From contig CAVZRV010000006.1 of assembly GCA_963777605.1 (NCBI GenBank), positions 32,001-96,000 on the forward strand: 64,000 nt of DNA, in the 5' to 3' direction. Source of the DNA: an uncultured Acidobacteriota bacterium (lineage in GTDB: Bacteria > Acidobacteriota > UBA6911 > RPQK01 > JAPXNP01). How positions within the stretch are numbered: position 1 is the stretch's first letter; each line of letters starts with the position of its first letter. The position numbers and the translations under genes are program-made. Positions 39,074 to 49,734 of the stretch are shown piece after piece. Below the pieces are notes generated by a model that saw nothing but the letters and a program-made list of their open reading frames with translations, ran no database searches and was not told the DNA's origin.

Positions 39074-39147
39074 TTCCTGGTTCCGGGTTTCGGGTTCCTG
39101 GTCAACTTGTCCCCCAAACCCGAAACTCGAAACCCGCGACCCGGAAT
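39074..39147. repeat. Inverted heptamer repeat hairpin after gcvP
   Basis: TTCCGGG-TTTCGGG-type units facing AAACCCG-AAACTCG-AAACCCG units. Confidence 0.6.
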
Positions 39148-39247
39148 CAGTCTCGGTGCGACCGAGTTTGGAACAAGATCTCGTTCACTGTCGTAATCTA
39201 GTTATCGACAATACTGGAGCTTTGAAGGGCCGGCGTCAGCGAGAACC

Positions 39248-40498
39248 ATGAAAAGACCCCGACTGGGATTCATCATAGAGGCAACCTGGATCGCGTTGCA
39301 CTCGATCTTTGCCCACAAGATGCGCACCTTCCTGACTCTACTTGGGATCATCATCGGGGTCGCTTCGGTGATGCTCGTGGGAGCCAGCATCGAGGGCCTG
39401 CAAACCTACGTTCTGGACACCGTTTCCAAGGCACTGGGCAGCGATTCGTTCATCCTCGCCAAGTTTGCCCGCCTCGGTGAGGTCAGCCAGGAAGAGTGGG
39501 AGGAGATGGTCCGTCACAATAAGAACATCTATTACAAGGATCTTGAGTTCATCCGCAGTCATTGCCCGGATTGCAAGGAGATTGTTGGGCAATTGAACAC
39601 GCGCCAGACGGTCTACGCTGGTTCCGCGGAACTGTACAACACCGATGTTCAGGGGGTGACCGCCAACCGGATTCTCCTGGGGAGCCAGGAAATCGAGGAG
39701 GGCCGATTCTTCACCGACGAGGAAGTTCGCCGTTCCCGGTTCGTGGCCGTTATCGGGTCGGATGTCTACGACAAGTTCTTCCAGGGACGGGACCCGCTCG
39801 GAGAGATCGTCAAGGTGGGCCCGGAGCCATTTCGAGTTGTTGGAGTCCTCGAGAAACTGGGATCCAGCTTCGGCCAGAGCATGGACAATGTCATGTTCAT
39901 TCCCATCACCGCCTACCAGAAGATATACGGCACCCGAAGCAGTATCACGGTCCGGGGCACCGCCATTTCCCGGGACCGCTTCGAACAGGCGGTAGACGAA
40001 GTCCGGGTCGCGATGAGGATTCGCCACAAGCTCGAGCCCGGCGAAGAGGACACTTTTGGAATCATCTCGACCGAGGACATCAACTCCAGTGTCGATCAGT
40101 TCGTCGGGGTCATCGCCATGGTCGTCGTTCCGATTACGGCGATTTCCCTGCTAGTAGGTGGAATCGTGGTGATGAACATCATGCTGGTCTCGGTCACCGA
40201 GCGGACCTTCGAAATCGGCCTCCGCAAGTCACTTGGGGCGCGCCGCAGAGACATCATGAACCAGTTCCTGATTGAGGCCTTCGTGGTGGCTGCCGCAGGA
40301 GGCATTGTGGGGCTCCTGCTGGCCTGGGGGGCCGCTCTTCTGATCGAGGCTGCCACTCCGATGACGATGACGATCCGCATGAGCTACATCCTCCTTTCGG
40401 TCGGAGTCTCGGGCGGAATCGGAATCGTTTTCGGGATCTACCCGGCCTACACGGCCTCCAAACTGGATCCGATCGAGGCATTGGGGCGAGACCTATGA
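39248..40498 (+). CDS. MacB/FtsX-family ABC permease
   Basis: HKMRTFLTLLGIIIGV, GGIVVMNIMLVSVTERTFEIGLRKSLGA and LDPIEAL. Confidence 0.93.
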   Translation: MKRPRLGFIIEATWIALHSIFAHKMRTFLTLLGIIIGVASVMLVGASIEGLQTYVLDTVSKALGSDSFILAKFARLGEVSQEEWEEMVRHNKNIYYKDLEFIRSHCPDCKEIVGQLNTRQTVYAGSAELYNTDVQGVTANRILLGSQEIEEGRFFTDEEVRRSRFVAVIGSDVYDKFFQGRDPLGEIVKVGPEPFRVVGVLEKLGSSFGQSMDNVMFIPITAYQKIYGTRSSITVRGTAISRDRFEQAVDEVRVAMRIRHKLEPGEEDTFGIISTEDINSSVDQFVGVIAMVVVPITAISLLVGGIVVMNIMLVSVTERTFEIGLRKSLGARRRDIMNQFLIEAFVVAAAGGIVGLLLAWGAALLIEAATPMTMTIRMSYILLSVGVSGGIGIVFGIYPAYTASKLDPIEALGRDL

Positions 40499-41739
40499 AT
40501 CTCAACAGCTACCTGGAAAACATCTGGATGGGGCTCGATACCCTTCGCTCTCACAAGATGCGGAGCCTCCTCACGGTACTCGGAGTGATCATCGGAGTCC
40601 TGACGGTCATCGTGATCTCGTCAATCCTCACCGGAATGCGTCAAAGCATCATCAACCTGGTCGAGGAGTACGGGACCCACAACATCTACGCTTTTCATCT
40701 TTCCACCGGCCCCCAGTTTGGCCCTCGCGACCGCCAGGAGTGGCAGCGGAAGCCGCTAACCGTCGCCGATGCCGAGGCGATCAGAACCGAAGCGCCTTCG
40801 GTCGAAGAAGTGAGTTACCAGGCCTTCTACCGCGGCAGTCCCAACATGAAGTACCGGGACCGCTCATACCGTCAAGCCCAACTGCTGGGAGTAGCGCCTA
40901 CTCATGCAGAACTGACCAACATTGCTCTTTCCGAAGGCCGTTTCATTACTCGGGTCGATGACACCCGGCGGAACAACGTCGCCGTAATCGGCGTGAATGT
41001 AGCAGAGGCCCTCTTCCCCTTCTACGACAAGGTTGTGGGCCGGTTCATCGAGATCGACGGAAACCGGTTCGCCGTCATCGGGACGCTGGAAAAGCGCAAA
41101 TCAACCTTCTTTGGGGGAGGCGACGAGGACAATGTCGTCTACATCCCTTACCGAACGTTTAGAAAAATCTCGCCTAAAAGTGAGTTCCTGATGATCCTGT
41201 CCGAGGCAAAGGAAGGTCAACTCGCGCGGGCACTAAGCCAGATCGAATCGATCCTGCGCCGGCAGCGTGGAGTTCGGTACAACGAAGAGAGCAATTTTGA
41301 CCTGACGACGGCCGATCGCTTGATCGAGCAATTTGACGCGATCACCTCTTCGGTCGGCTTGATCGCGATCGCGGTGTCAGGGGTCGGCCTGCTGGTTGGA
41401 GGAATCGGCGTCATGAACATCATGCTCGTTTCCGTGACTGAACGAACCCGGGAAATCGGCGTCCGCAAGGCCGTCGGCGCCAAGCGCAGGGATATTGTCT
41501 TTCAGTTCCTGTTCGAAGCTATGACGCTGACCACGAGCGGAGGCCTGATTGGAGTACTAGCCGCCGTCGGCGTCAGCTACCTCCTTCTCTGGCTCCTGCC
41601 AAACCTGCCGGCTACGATCCCGATGTGGGCAGTTATGTCCGGAATCCTGGTGTCGATCTCGGTCGGCCTGATCTTCGGCGTCTGGCCCGCAGTGAAGGCG
41701 GCCCGATTGGACCCGATCGAATCACTTCGATACGAGTGA
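40495..41739 (+). CDS. MacB/FtsX-family ABC permease
   Basis: GGIGVMNIMLVSVTERTREIGVRKAVGA and LDPIESLRYE. Confidence 0.93.
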   Translation: MNLNSYLENIWMGLDTLRSHKMRSLLTVLGVIIGVLTVIVISSILTGMRQSIINLVEEYGTHNIYAFHLSTGPQFGPRDRQEWQRKPLTVADAEAIRTEAPSVEEVSYQAFYRGSPNMKYRDRSYRQAQLLGVAPTHAELTNIALSEGRFITRVDDTRRNNVAVIGVNVAEALFPFYDKVVGRFIEIDGNRFAVIGTLEKRKSTFFGGGDEDNVVYIPYRTFRKISPKSEFLMILSEAKEGQLARALSQIESILRRQRGVRYNEESNFDLTTADRLIEQFDAITSSVGLIAIAVSGVGLLVGGIGVMNIMLVSVTERTREIGVRKAVGAKRRDIVFQFLFEAMTLTTSGGLIGVLAAVGVSYLLLWLLPNLPATIPMWAVMSGILVSISVGLIFGVWPAVKAARLDPIESLRYE

Positions 41740-41841
41740 GTCCAGGCGACCACTTCGGGCTGTCACCTCTCAATCCAGCGCCGGGACCTGCCGTTTCAGC
41801 GCAGCCTGGCTGGTCCAGCACACCCTAACGGATAGATCTAT

Positions 41842-42867
41842 ATGAACCGTCTCAGCCTTCTGAAGTTCCTCTTCACCATCACATCAACGTTCGCTCTCTT
41901 CCGGCCGGTCTTCCCGGCGGTGATCGAGATGAAGAACGGCGACCGGATTTCAGGGACCGTCAAGGCCCTCGCTTCCGGAGAACTGACCGTCGAAACAGCT
42001 TACGCCGGCACTCTCGACATCAAGTGGGACCTGGTTCAGGGTTTCGCGTCAGACGAATCTGTTCTGGTGAAGTTCAGCCAGGGGAAGTCATTGGAAGGAC
42101 AGCTTCAACTCGATGCAAGCGGGGAGGTCGTCGTCCGGTCGCCCCAGCGCACGGAGACCTTTCCCCGGTCGCAATTGCACGAGTTCGGCCCTCCCCCCAG
42201 GGAAGAACACTACAAACCCTGGCAGGCCTGGCACGGAGACCTCAAGTTTGGTCTCAATTTGAGTCGCGGAAATACCGATATAAGCACGATTTCCTTCATT
42301 GCGGACCCTGCCCGGGTGACTCCCGAGGACCGGATAAGCATCCACTACGCATCCCTTCAGAGCCATGAAGACGGACGCCAGCTCGGCGCAGTCTACCGGC
42401 TCTCGGGTCGCTACGACCGGTTCTTCTCCGAGCGAAAGTTCGTCTTTGCGCAGGGGCGCTTTGAGCGCGACGGCAAGGCGACGCTCGACTACCGGTTTCG
42501 GGAGGGGGGTGGACTCGGCTACGACGTTCTCTCGCGGAGCGACGTCTCACTCGCATTGACGGGAGGCTTCTTTCTCTCCCAGGAGCGCTTCTACGAAGAG
42601 CCGATCAACCGCGGGGCAGAAGGTTCAGTGGGAATCGAGTTGGAGACTTCACTGCTCAATCCTGTGCACCTGACGTCGCGAGGTGAATTCAACCCGGTGG
42701 TTTCCGAGAACCGCTTTTTTGCGAACTGGTCAAGTGCCATCACCATGCCTCTTTTCGGCAACCTCCGGTTCGGATTCCAGTTCCTCGATTCCTACGACTC
42801 TTCTCCTGCCCAGGAAACCCGGAAGAATGACCTGCAGTTCCTCTCGACGCTGACCTGGGGATTCTAG
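41842..42867 (+). CDS. DUF481 (YdiY-like) outer-membrane protein
   Basis: MKNGDRISG, SRGNT, beta-barrel pattern and terminal Phe. Confidence 0.8.
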   Translation: MNRLSLLKFLFTITSTFALFRPVFPAVIEMKNGDRISGTVKALASGELTVETAYAGTLDIKWDLVQGFASDESVLVKFSQGKSLEGQLQLDASGEVVVRSPQRTETFPRSQLHEFGPPPREEHYKPWQAWHGDLKFGLNLSRGNTDISTISFIADPARVTPEDRISIHYASLQSHEDGRQLGAVYRLSGRYDRFFSERKFVFAQGRFERDGKATLDYRFREGGGLGYDVLSRSDVSLALTGGFFLSQERFYEEPINRGAEGSVGIELETSLLNPVHLTSRGEFNPVVSENRFFANWSSAITMPLFGNLRFGFQFLDSYDSSPAQETRKNDLQFLSTLTWGF

Positions 42868-42948
42868 TGTCCGGTCACGCACCATATGACGTTTCCTAGC
42901 CCCGCGAACATGCCAGGACAAGGCGCAGTTGGCAGGGAATGGCACTAA

Positions 42949-43332
42949 CTAGGCTGGATCCTCAAGCTTGGTCTGGACGTCCGAAACCGAATAGGGCTTC
43001 ACTACCAGTTCATCGGCACCAGCCGCGCGGATCTCGTCCTCGGAGTACGGCACCGCGTCGGCGGTGATGGCCAGAATCTTTACAGGAGGCGGACAGAGGT
43101 GGCGAACCGCCTTCAGCAGATCCAGGGAATCCGCCCCGGGCACCATCATGTCAACAATTACGATATCGGGCTTAAGCTTCTCGAGAGAGGCCGCGAACCG
43201 GGCGTTGACCTCCATCCCGACCGCGTTGTAGCCGAGGCTCTGGAGGATGAACCGGAACGAGTAGATATTGTCCGTGCTCTCTTCGATAACGACAACAGTG
43301 CGCGACTCTTCCGATTTTGAAAGCTTTCCCAT
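42949..43332 (-). CDS. Single-domain response regulator
   Basis: PDIVIVDMMVPG, ILAITAD and VVKPY. Confidence 0.88.
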   Translation of the reverse strand: MGKLSKSEESRTVVVIEESTDNIYSFRFILQSLGYNAVGMEVNARFAASLEKLKPDIVIVDMMVPGADSLDLLKAVRHLCPPPVKILAITADAVPYSEDEIRAAGADELVVKPYSVSDVQTKLEDPA

Positions 43333-44783
43333 CACTCGGCCTTCAGTCTTTCTGCAAGTAGTTCATTGACCAGTTTCGGGTTTGCCTGCCCCCGGGTTTC
43401 ACGCATCACCTGCCCTACGAAGAACCCGATCAGCCCGACCTTCCCTTCCTGGAACTGTTTGACCTTGTCGGGGTTCACCGCCAGGATCCTATCGACGATT
43501 ACTTCGAGTTCACTGGAATTGCTGATCTGCTTAAGGCCAGACTCCTCGACAATTTCAACCGGGTCCCGACCCGTTTCGTACATTTTCACGAAAACATCTT
43601 TCGCGATCTTGCCAGTGATCTCACCCTTCTCAATCAACTCAACCAGGCATCCGAGATGAGCGGGAGGAACTGGACTGCTCACGATCTCCAGGCCATCCCG
43701 TTTCAAATCACGCGTCAGGTCCCCGAGAATCCAGTTGGCCACCTTGACGGGAGGACCCGAGCGGGTGGCTTCTTCGAAATAGTCGGCAGTCGATCGAGTC
43801 TGGGTCAGCAGGTCGGCCACTTCGGGCTCCAGATCATAGTCGGCAGCCAGGCGATCACGACGTTGATAAGGCATCTCGGGAATCGAGTTGCGCAGTTCTT
43901 CGAACCACTCCTCGCTGACGACCACCGGCAGGAGATCGGGTTCGGGAAAATAGCGGTAGTCGTGTGCTTCTTCCTTGCTCCTCATGCTAAACGTCGCCTG
44001 TTCGGCTTCGTCCCAGAGGCGGGTTTCCTGTACGACTCTCCCCCCTGAGGCGATCAGCGCTTTCTGGCGTTCGATTTCGTACTCGAGTGCCTTGCCCAGG
44101 AAGCGGATCGAATTCATGTTCTTGATCTCGGTCTTGGTCCCGAAGCGCTCTTCGCCGACGGGCCGAATCGATATGTTGGCGTCGCAGCGGAGACTTCCCT
44201 CCTCCATGTTCCCGTCGCAGACCTCAAGGTAGAGCAGCACCTGTCGGAGATAGCTCAGAAACTCCTGGGCCTCGCCCGGAGAGCGAAAATCCGCTTCAGT
44301 CACGATTTCAATAAGGGGTGTGCCGGTCCGATTAAGGTTGACCTGAGTCCAGTTCCCGGCCGTATGGATCGACTTTCCGGCATCGTCTTCCATGTGAATT
44401 CGGTTGATCCGAAACCGCTTCCGCCTTCTCTTTTGCCGGGCATCCTCTTCCGTATTCAAATGAAGTTCCAGGCTGCCGCCGCCGACCAGGGGTTCGTCGT
44501 ACTGGGAAATCTGGTACCCCTTCGGAAGGTCGGGATAGAAGTAGTTCTTGCGGGCAAATACCGACTTTCGGTTTATCTTGCAGCCGAGTGCGAGTCCCAT
44601 CCGGACGGCCATCCCGACCGCTTCGCGGTTGAGCACCGGGAGTGCCCCGGGGAGTCCCAGGCAGACCGGACAGGTGTTCGAATTGGGGTCGGCGCCGAAC
44701 TTGGTGCTGCACCCACAGAAGATCTTGCTCTGGGTCAGCAGTTGAGCATGGACCTCAAGGCCGATGACGGGTTCGAATTCCAT
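43332..44783 (-). CDS. gatB: Asp/Glu-tRNA amidotransferase subunit B
   Basis: VIGLEVHAQL, RKNYFYPDLPKGYQISQ and DYRYFPEPDL. Confidence 0.98.
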   Translation of the reverse strand: MEFEPVIGLEVHAQLLTQSKIFCGCSTKFGADPNSNTCPVCLGLPGALPVLNREAVGMAVRMGLALGCKINRKSVFARKNYFYPDLPKGYQISQYDEPLVGGGSLELHLNTEEDARQKRRRKRFRINRIHMEDDAGKSIHTAGNWTQVNLNRTGTPLIEIVTEADFRSPGEAQEFLSYLRQVLLYLEVCDGNMEEGSLRCDANISIRPVGEERFGTKTEIKNMNSIRFLGKALEYEIERQKALIASGGRVVQETRLWDEAEQATFSMRSKEEAHDYRYFPEPDLLPVVVSEEWFEELRNSIPEMPYQRRDRLAADYDLEPEVADLLTQTRSTADYFEEATRSGPPVKVANWILGDLTRDLKRDGLEIVSSPVPPAHLGCLVELIEKGEITGKIAKDVFVKMYETGRDPVEIVEESGLKQISNSSELEVIVDRILAVNPDKVKQFQEGKVGLIGFFVGQVMRETRGQANPKLVNELLAERLKAE

Positions 44784-45720
44784 GTCGCTCCTTTGCCTCT
44801 TCAACTACCCGCAATGCCTCGGTCAGCGCCACAGGATCGTCTCCGGCACAATCCAACCAGGTCACATTCTCTTCTTTCCGAAACCAGGTGAGCTGGCGCT
44901 TCGCATAACGCCGCGTATCTCTCTGGGTCAACTCCACGGCCTCGTCCACCGTCAATTCACCCCGGATTGCCTGAAGTGCATGTCGATATCCAAGAGCCTC
45001 AAACCCCTTTGCAGACGGGGAATAGCCCCTTTCAAGCAACGCTCTGACCTCGTCGATCAGCCCCAGATGAAACATCTGCTCGACGCGGCGGTTGATTCTA
45101 TCATAGAGCCTCGCACGGGGGACATTCAGCCCAATCACCGACAGCGTAAACCCTATCAACGGTTCGATTTCCGCCTGTACCTCACTCATCTTTCGACCGG
45201 TCTGGATCATCACTTCGAGTGCCCGGACGATCCGAACCGAGTCCTGCGGCTGAAGGGAGCCGGCCAAGGCAGGATCTCTTCGGGACAGAATGCGATAAAG
45301 CGCCGCCAACCCTCCCCGCTTGACGATCCCCTCCAGCCGGTCCCGCAACTCGGGTGAGCGCCCCGGTCCCGTGAAGATTCCCTTCACCAGAGCCCTGAAG
45401 TAGAGTCCCGTCCCGCCAACAACAATCGGAACTTTTCCGAGAGCGACAATTTCGCGGCTCGTCGCCCGAGCCTGCGCCATGTAGGCACCGGCGCTGAAGT
45501 ACTCGTCGGGGTCCAGGACGTCAAAAAGGTGGTGGGGAACCTTCCGCCGATCCTCGGAACTGGGTTTCGCAGTCCCGATCTCGAGGTAGCGCACCATCTG
45601 CATGGAGTCACAATTGACGATTTCTCCGTCAACTCGAACCGCCAGGTCAAGCGCCAGAGTGCTCTTGCCCGACGCTGTGGGGCCCAGAATCGCAATCATC
45701 AGTGAGTCTGGCCTGGCCAT
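44755..45720 (-). CDS. miaA: tRNA dimethylallyltransferase
   Basis: GPTASGKS, DSMQ, IGTAKP, VGGTGLY and YAKRQLTW. Confidence 0.97.
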   Translation of the reverse strand: MARPDSLMIAILGPTASGKSTLALDLAVRVDGEIVNCDSMQMVRYLEIGTAKPSSEDRRKVPHHLFDVLDPDEYFSAGAYMAQARATSREIVALGKVPIVVGGTGLYFRALVKGIFTGPGRSPELRDRLEGIVKRGGLAALYRILSRRDPALAGSLQPQDSVRIVRALEVMIQTGRKMSEVQAEIEPLIGFTLSVIGLNVPRARLYDRINRRVEQMFHLGLIDEVRALLERGYSPSAKGFEALGYRHALQAIRGELTVDEAVELTQRDTRRYAKRQLTWFRKEENVTWLDCAGDDPVALTEALRVVEEAKERHGIRTRHRP

Positions 45721-45863
45721 AATCGTTTAACAACCACGCTGCTCACCTGGCCACGGGAGAGCTCAGTGCGAAGGATGATCTCAGGCGGTCAAACACTTCG
45801 TGGCCAACTCCAGGAGAGTCCCCCAGGATCAACCGCCCGATCCACACTCTCATGAAACCCGGG

Positions 45864-47111
45864 TCACCGGTACCAGCGCTTCAAGGCCACACCCTGGTAG
45901 TAGTGGTGCAGGATTTCGTCGTATTTCTTGCCGCTTTCCGCCATTTCAACCGCCCCAATCTGGCAGAGCCCGACCCCATGCCCCCACCCCCTTCCTTTGA
46001 CATGGATCTTCTCAATGTAGCCGTCCCGGTCCCGATTCAAGTCGAGGGAAAGCAGCCAGTTGCTCCTGAGCCCCAAGGCAAATCGAAGATCGTTTCCCTC
46101 GAGAACGGATTCCCGGCCATCCCCAAAAAATTTCATCCGGATCACCCGCCCTCGTGAACTGCGGGCGAGGATCTTCAGATCTTTCACTCTCCCGAATCCG
46201 GCATAGCGTGTGATCTCCGGTACCCGCGTCCGCAAGTCGATCCACTCGTCCCAGCTGTGGTACGGGCTCAATTCATCCGAGCAGGAGGCCCCTCCCCGCA
46301 AGTAATCGATGGGTCCTCCTTTAAAGATCACGTCGAAGCTCTCAGTCATTCCTCCACAGGTCGAACAGTAAAGCGAGACAATCGGCTTTCCCTGGTAGGA
46401 GGCAACCATTCCCCGGGTCTCCCACACTGCACGGTTGGAGAGTGCATCCTCGGAGTCGAATCCACCGTAGGCCTGAGAACGGGAATCGAGATACATGTCG
46501 AAGCCCTTTTCGGCATTTCGTCCAAGCGATTCCACCGCGAACGTGCGGGCAGCTACCGACTGTGCTTTGAGCGCTTCCAGTTCAGGATACTTCTTTGGGC
46601 CCAGTTCCCGGGGAACTACGCCCTGCAAGTACTCCTCCATCGGGAGATCATTGACCAGCGTAGGCCTTCCGATCGGGTTGACGAAGACGTCCACGACGCC
46701 GCGGTACTCCTTTCCAGCGATTCGGAGAACATCCTTTGCCGGAACGAGCCGGAAACCGCTTCCCTGCCCTAACGATTCGGGCAACCCGCCGGCCTGGCGC
46801 AACAGCTGGATTTCCGATCCTTTCGAAATCACCCGGAGCCGCGGAGCACGTTGGGAACCTTCGACCGTGACTTCGTCGAAATTCTCCGCCAAGAGGATAC
46901 GAACGCGCGGTTCTGCGGCCAGCCGTACCTGCCGACTGGTTCCGGGGGGTGTGGGCACGGTAACGCTTTTGGCCCTTTTACAGCCGGTCCCTTGGACCAG
47001 AATCAGGAGCAGGGCGCCGCATATCAACAGCTGCAAGCGCTGGCCAGAGGCCGGGGTATACTTCATCGCCTCCAAGTCTACGTGGTGACGGTGTCGATTT
47101 TTCCCGCTCAT
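45864..47111 (-). CDS. SpoIID/LytB-domain lytic transglycosylase
   Basis: EEYLQGVVPRE, ALKAQSVAART and GRGWGHGVGLCQ. Confidence 0.92.
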   Translation of the reverse strand: MSGKNRHRHHVDLEAMKYTPASGQRLQLLICGALLLILVQGTGCKRAKSVTVPTPPGTSRQVRLAAEPRVRILLAENFDEVTVEGSQRAPRLRVISKGSEIQLLRQAGGLPESLGQGSGFRLVPAKDVLRIAGKEYRGVVDVFVNPIGRPTLVNDLPMEEYLQGVVPRELGPKKYPELEALKAQSVAARTFAVESLGRNAEKGFDMYLDSRSQAYGGFDSEDALSNRAVWETRGMVASYQGKPIVSLYCSTCGGMTESFDVIFKGGPIDYLRGGASCSDELSPYHSWDEWIDLRTRVPEITRYAGFGRVKDLKILARSSRGRVIRMKFFGDGRESVLEGNDLRFALGLRSNWLLSLDLNRDRDGYIEKIHVKGRGWGHGVGLCQIGAVEMAESGKKYDEILHHYYQGVALKRWYR

Positions 47112-48049
47112 AGCGGTCCACGACGGGAGGCGGTCAGCACGTCGAGTGCGGTCGCCAGGGCAGTCCGCCCCTCCTGGCCGGTGCAGAGCGTGTCGGAGTT
47201 CTCGCCGCGAATTGCGGAAACGAATGCGGCCAGCTCTTCCCTGAGGGGTTCAACATCACGGACTTCCGGACGTCTCTCGACGATGGCCCGGGCACCGTTT
47301 TCCTCGGCGAGCCCGAACATCTCGAGCGAACGGCTGTGAAAATCGAGCGATACGTATTCCTGGGCCTGGAAGAAACGAAACTTGCGAACTCGCTCCCTGC
47401 TTACGCGGCTTGCCGTGACGTTGGCCACCGATCCGTCCTGGAACTCGATCCGGGCGTTGGCAATGTCGATTCGCGGGGTCAGTACCGGAATTCCGACTGA
47501 TCGAATCTCGGCTACCGGCTGTCCCGTCAGCCAGAGGACCAGGTCCAAGTCGTGGATCATCAGGTCGAGCACGACGTCCACGTCGAGGCTGCGAGCTACG
47601 AAGACTCCGAGCCGGTGCGCCTCAAAAAAACGAGGCTTCCTGACATACGGCCGAACGGCCTGGAGAACCGGATTGAACCGTTCAATGTGTCCCACATAAA
47701 GGAGCCTTCCGGCCATATCGGCTTCCTGGATGAGCCGATCGGCGCTCGCCAGGTCGCCGGCGATCGGTTTCTCCACCAGGAGGTGGGCGCCCCTGCGAAC
47801 CACTTCGATGCCGAGCTCGGCGTGTGCCTCGGTCGGCACTGCAAGGCTCACGGCTTCGACCGTTTCCAACAGCTCCTCTGCGGAGCCGAAGGCCGGACAG
47901 CCCAATTTCTCCGCAACTTCCCGTGCCCTCTCCGGACGTCGATCGCAAACTCCCGCCAGCTCGACACCTTCCAGCTCCGAGTAAACCCGGGCGTGGTGCT
48001 GCCCCAGAGAACCGACGCCAATTACACCCACTTGAACATTCTTCATCAT
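47108..48049 (-). CDS. Gfo/Idh/MocA oxidoreductase (GnnA-like)
   Basis: GVGSLGQHH, LVEKP, GHIERFNP and DLMIHD; adjacent to lpxI/lpxA. Confidence 0.88.
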   Translation of the reverse strand: MMKNVQVGVIGVGSLGQHHARVYSELEGVELAGVCDRRPERAREVAEKLGCPAFGSAEELLETVEAVSLAVPTEAHAELGIEVVRRGAHLLVEKPIAGDLASADRLIQEADMAGRLLYVGHIERFNPVLQAVRPYVRKPRFFEAHRLGVFVARSLDVDVVLDLMIHDLDLVLWLTGQPVAEIRSVGIPVLTPRIDIANARIEFQDGSVANVTASRVSRERVRKFRFFQAQEYVSLDFHSRSLEMFGLAEENGARAIVERRPEVRDVEPLREELAAFVSAIRGENSDTLCTGQEGRTALATALDVLTASRRGPL

Positions 48050-48906
48050 GGAAATCCCACGACCGTCAACTTGAGGTCAGCTGCCCGCCTGAGGAAGGCG
48101 GGCTTGTCTATGAGCAAGGTCTTTCCGGCATCGAGTCCCAATGCCGACACATTGCACTCCGAGAGCACATCGAGGGTGCGGTCCCCCACGACCGGAACGT
48201 CGTACCGCATTTCCCGGTTCGGGCGGCTCGCCTTGACTACGGTCAGGCGTTCCCCCTTGACCATTTCGGCCGCCCGACGAATGGTAGCATCCGTGCCTTC
48301 CATGGCCTCCACCGCTACCACGGCCTGATCCTTTACCACGATCGTCTGCCCCACATCGAGCCGGGCAATTTCCTTCGCCACTTCCCTCCCGTAGGAAAGG
48401 TCGCGAGATTCAACTTCGTCAGGGGCCCTGGCGGTCAATACGCCTTCCCCGGCGAGCAGGTCCTGGAGGAAAAGTGTGGAGTCGATGATCTGCATTCCTT
48501 CTCCGGCCAGATCGTCGATGATTGCCTGAATCAGGGAACCGGTGTTTCTCTTCCGCAGGGAGGCCAGCAAGCGAATCATACGAAGGTCGGGGAGTTGCTT
48601 CAGCTGGTCGAACGGAGACCGGGAGCCCGGGGCGAAGATTCGGACGTGCTTGACTTGCCCGACCATTAGCACCGACTCAACACCGGCTCCCCGGAACGTC
48701 TTGATCAAACGACCGAGTTGCCCCACTCCCATCCAGTGAACCGACGAGCCCTTCGCCGCCCGGCCGACCTCCTCTTCGATTCCCGGGTCGGTTTCCTCCA
48801 TGATCGCGGCGACCGTGACGGGAATTCCCTGGCGGCCGGCTTCCCGAACCACTTCCAAAGGAAGCGGGCCATTGCCAGCGATCAAGCCCAGTCGTTCTGG
48901 CTTCAT
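48046..48906 (-). CDS. lpxI: UDP-2,3-diacylglucosamine pyrophosphatase LpxI
   Basis: GLIAGNG, DVGQT, AVEAMEGTD and RYDVPVVG. Confidence 0.93.
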   Translation of the reverse strand: MKPERLGLIAGNGPLPLEVVREAGRQGIPVTVAAIMEETDPGIEEEVGRAAKGSSVHWMGVGQLGRLIKTFRGAGVESVLMVGQVKHVRIFAPGSRSPFDQLKQLPDLRMIRLLASLRKRNTGSLIQAIIDDLAGEGMQIIDSTLFLQDLLAGEGVLTARAPDEVESRDLSYGREVAKEIARLDVGQTIVVKDQAVVAVEAMEGTDATIRRAAEMVKGERLTVVKASRPNREMRYDVPVVGDRTLDVLSECNVSALGLDAGKTLLIDKPAFLRRAADLKLTVVGFP

Positions 48907-48921
48907 GAACGGGGTACCTCC

Positions 48922-49722
48922 TCAGCGAACGAAACCTCGCCGGGAGGCTTCCACGAAGTTCAGGAGGATCTCGACATCACTGGTCAGGTCGGGGGAATCC
49001 CGAAGCTCACGGACGGAAGCAGCCAGTCTTGGCCCTCGCCGGCAGATCAATCGATAGGCCGCCTGAAGCGCATCGATGCGCACCTTCGAGAAACCCTTTC
49101 TTTCCAACCCAACCGTGTTGACGCCGTAGGTCTTGGCGTCGTTGCGACTGCCTACCGTCTTGATGAACGGCAGGGCGTCCCGGGTGAGGACGCTGTACCC
49201 GCCGATGAAGGCATGCGACCCGACACTGCAGAACTGGTGAACGCCGGTGAATGCTCCAACGGTAGCGAAATCACCGACATCGACGTGTCCAGCGAGCGTG
49301 GCCGCGTTTTCCAGGATCGTATGATCGCCCACCACGCAGTCGTGGGCCACGTGCACGCCCGTCATGATCAGGTTGTGGTTGCCGATCCGGGTGTTGGACG
49401 TACCCGCCCCGGTTCCACGGTTCAGGGTGACGAACTCACGAATCCAGTTGTCGTCACCGATCGTCAGATAGGTCTCTTCGCCGCGAAATTTGAGGTCCTG
49501 GGGATCGGTTCCGATCGAGGCGTGGCCGGTAATCCGGTTCCTGGTTCCAATGATGGTCGGACCTTCGATCAGGGTCGAAGGGCCGACACGGGTACCGTCC
49601 CCGATCTGCACCTTCTCCCCGATTACGCAATGGGGTCCGATGACTACGCCCCGCCCAAGGACCGCATCGGGGGAGACAACAGCGCTCGGATGAATGACAG
49701 GTCCAGAAAGTTCCGCCGACAT
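48922..49722 (-). CDS. lpxA: UDP-GlcNAc O-acyltransferase
   Basis: Hexapeptide repeats, PQDLKF, HVAHDC and LAGHV. Confidence 0.97.
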   Translation of the reverse strand: MSAELSGPVIHPSAVVSPDAVLGRGVVIGPHCVIGEKVQIGDGTRVGPSTLIEGPTIIGTRNRITGHASIGTDPQDLKFRGEETYLTIGDDNWIREFVTLNRGTGAGTSNTRIGNHNLIMTGVHVAHDCVVGDHTILENAATLAGHVDVGDFATVGAFTGVHQFCSVGSHAFIGGYSVLTRDALPFIKTVGSRNDAKTYGVNTVGLERKGFSKVRIDALQAAYRLICRRGPRLAASVRELRDSPDLTSDVEILLNFVEASRRGFVR

Positions 49723-49734
49723 TGATGTTTCAAA

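Noticed and set aside
39248-41739. ABC permease pair without an ATPase as a novelty
   Set aside because: Orphan MacB-type permease pairs are common, and the ATPase is probably encoded elsewhere.
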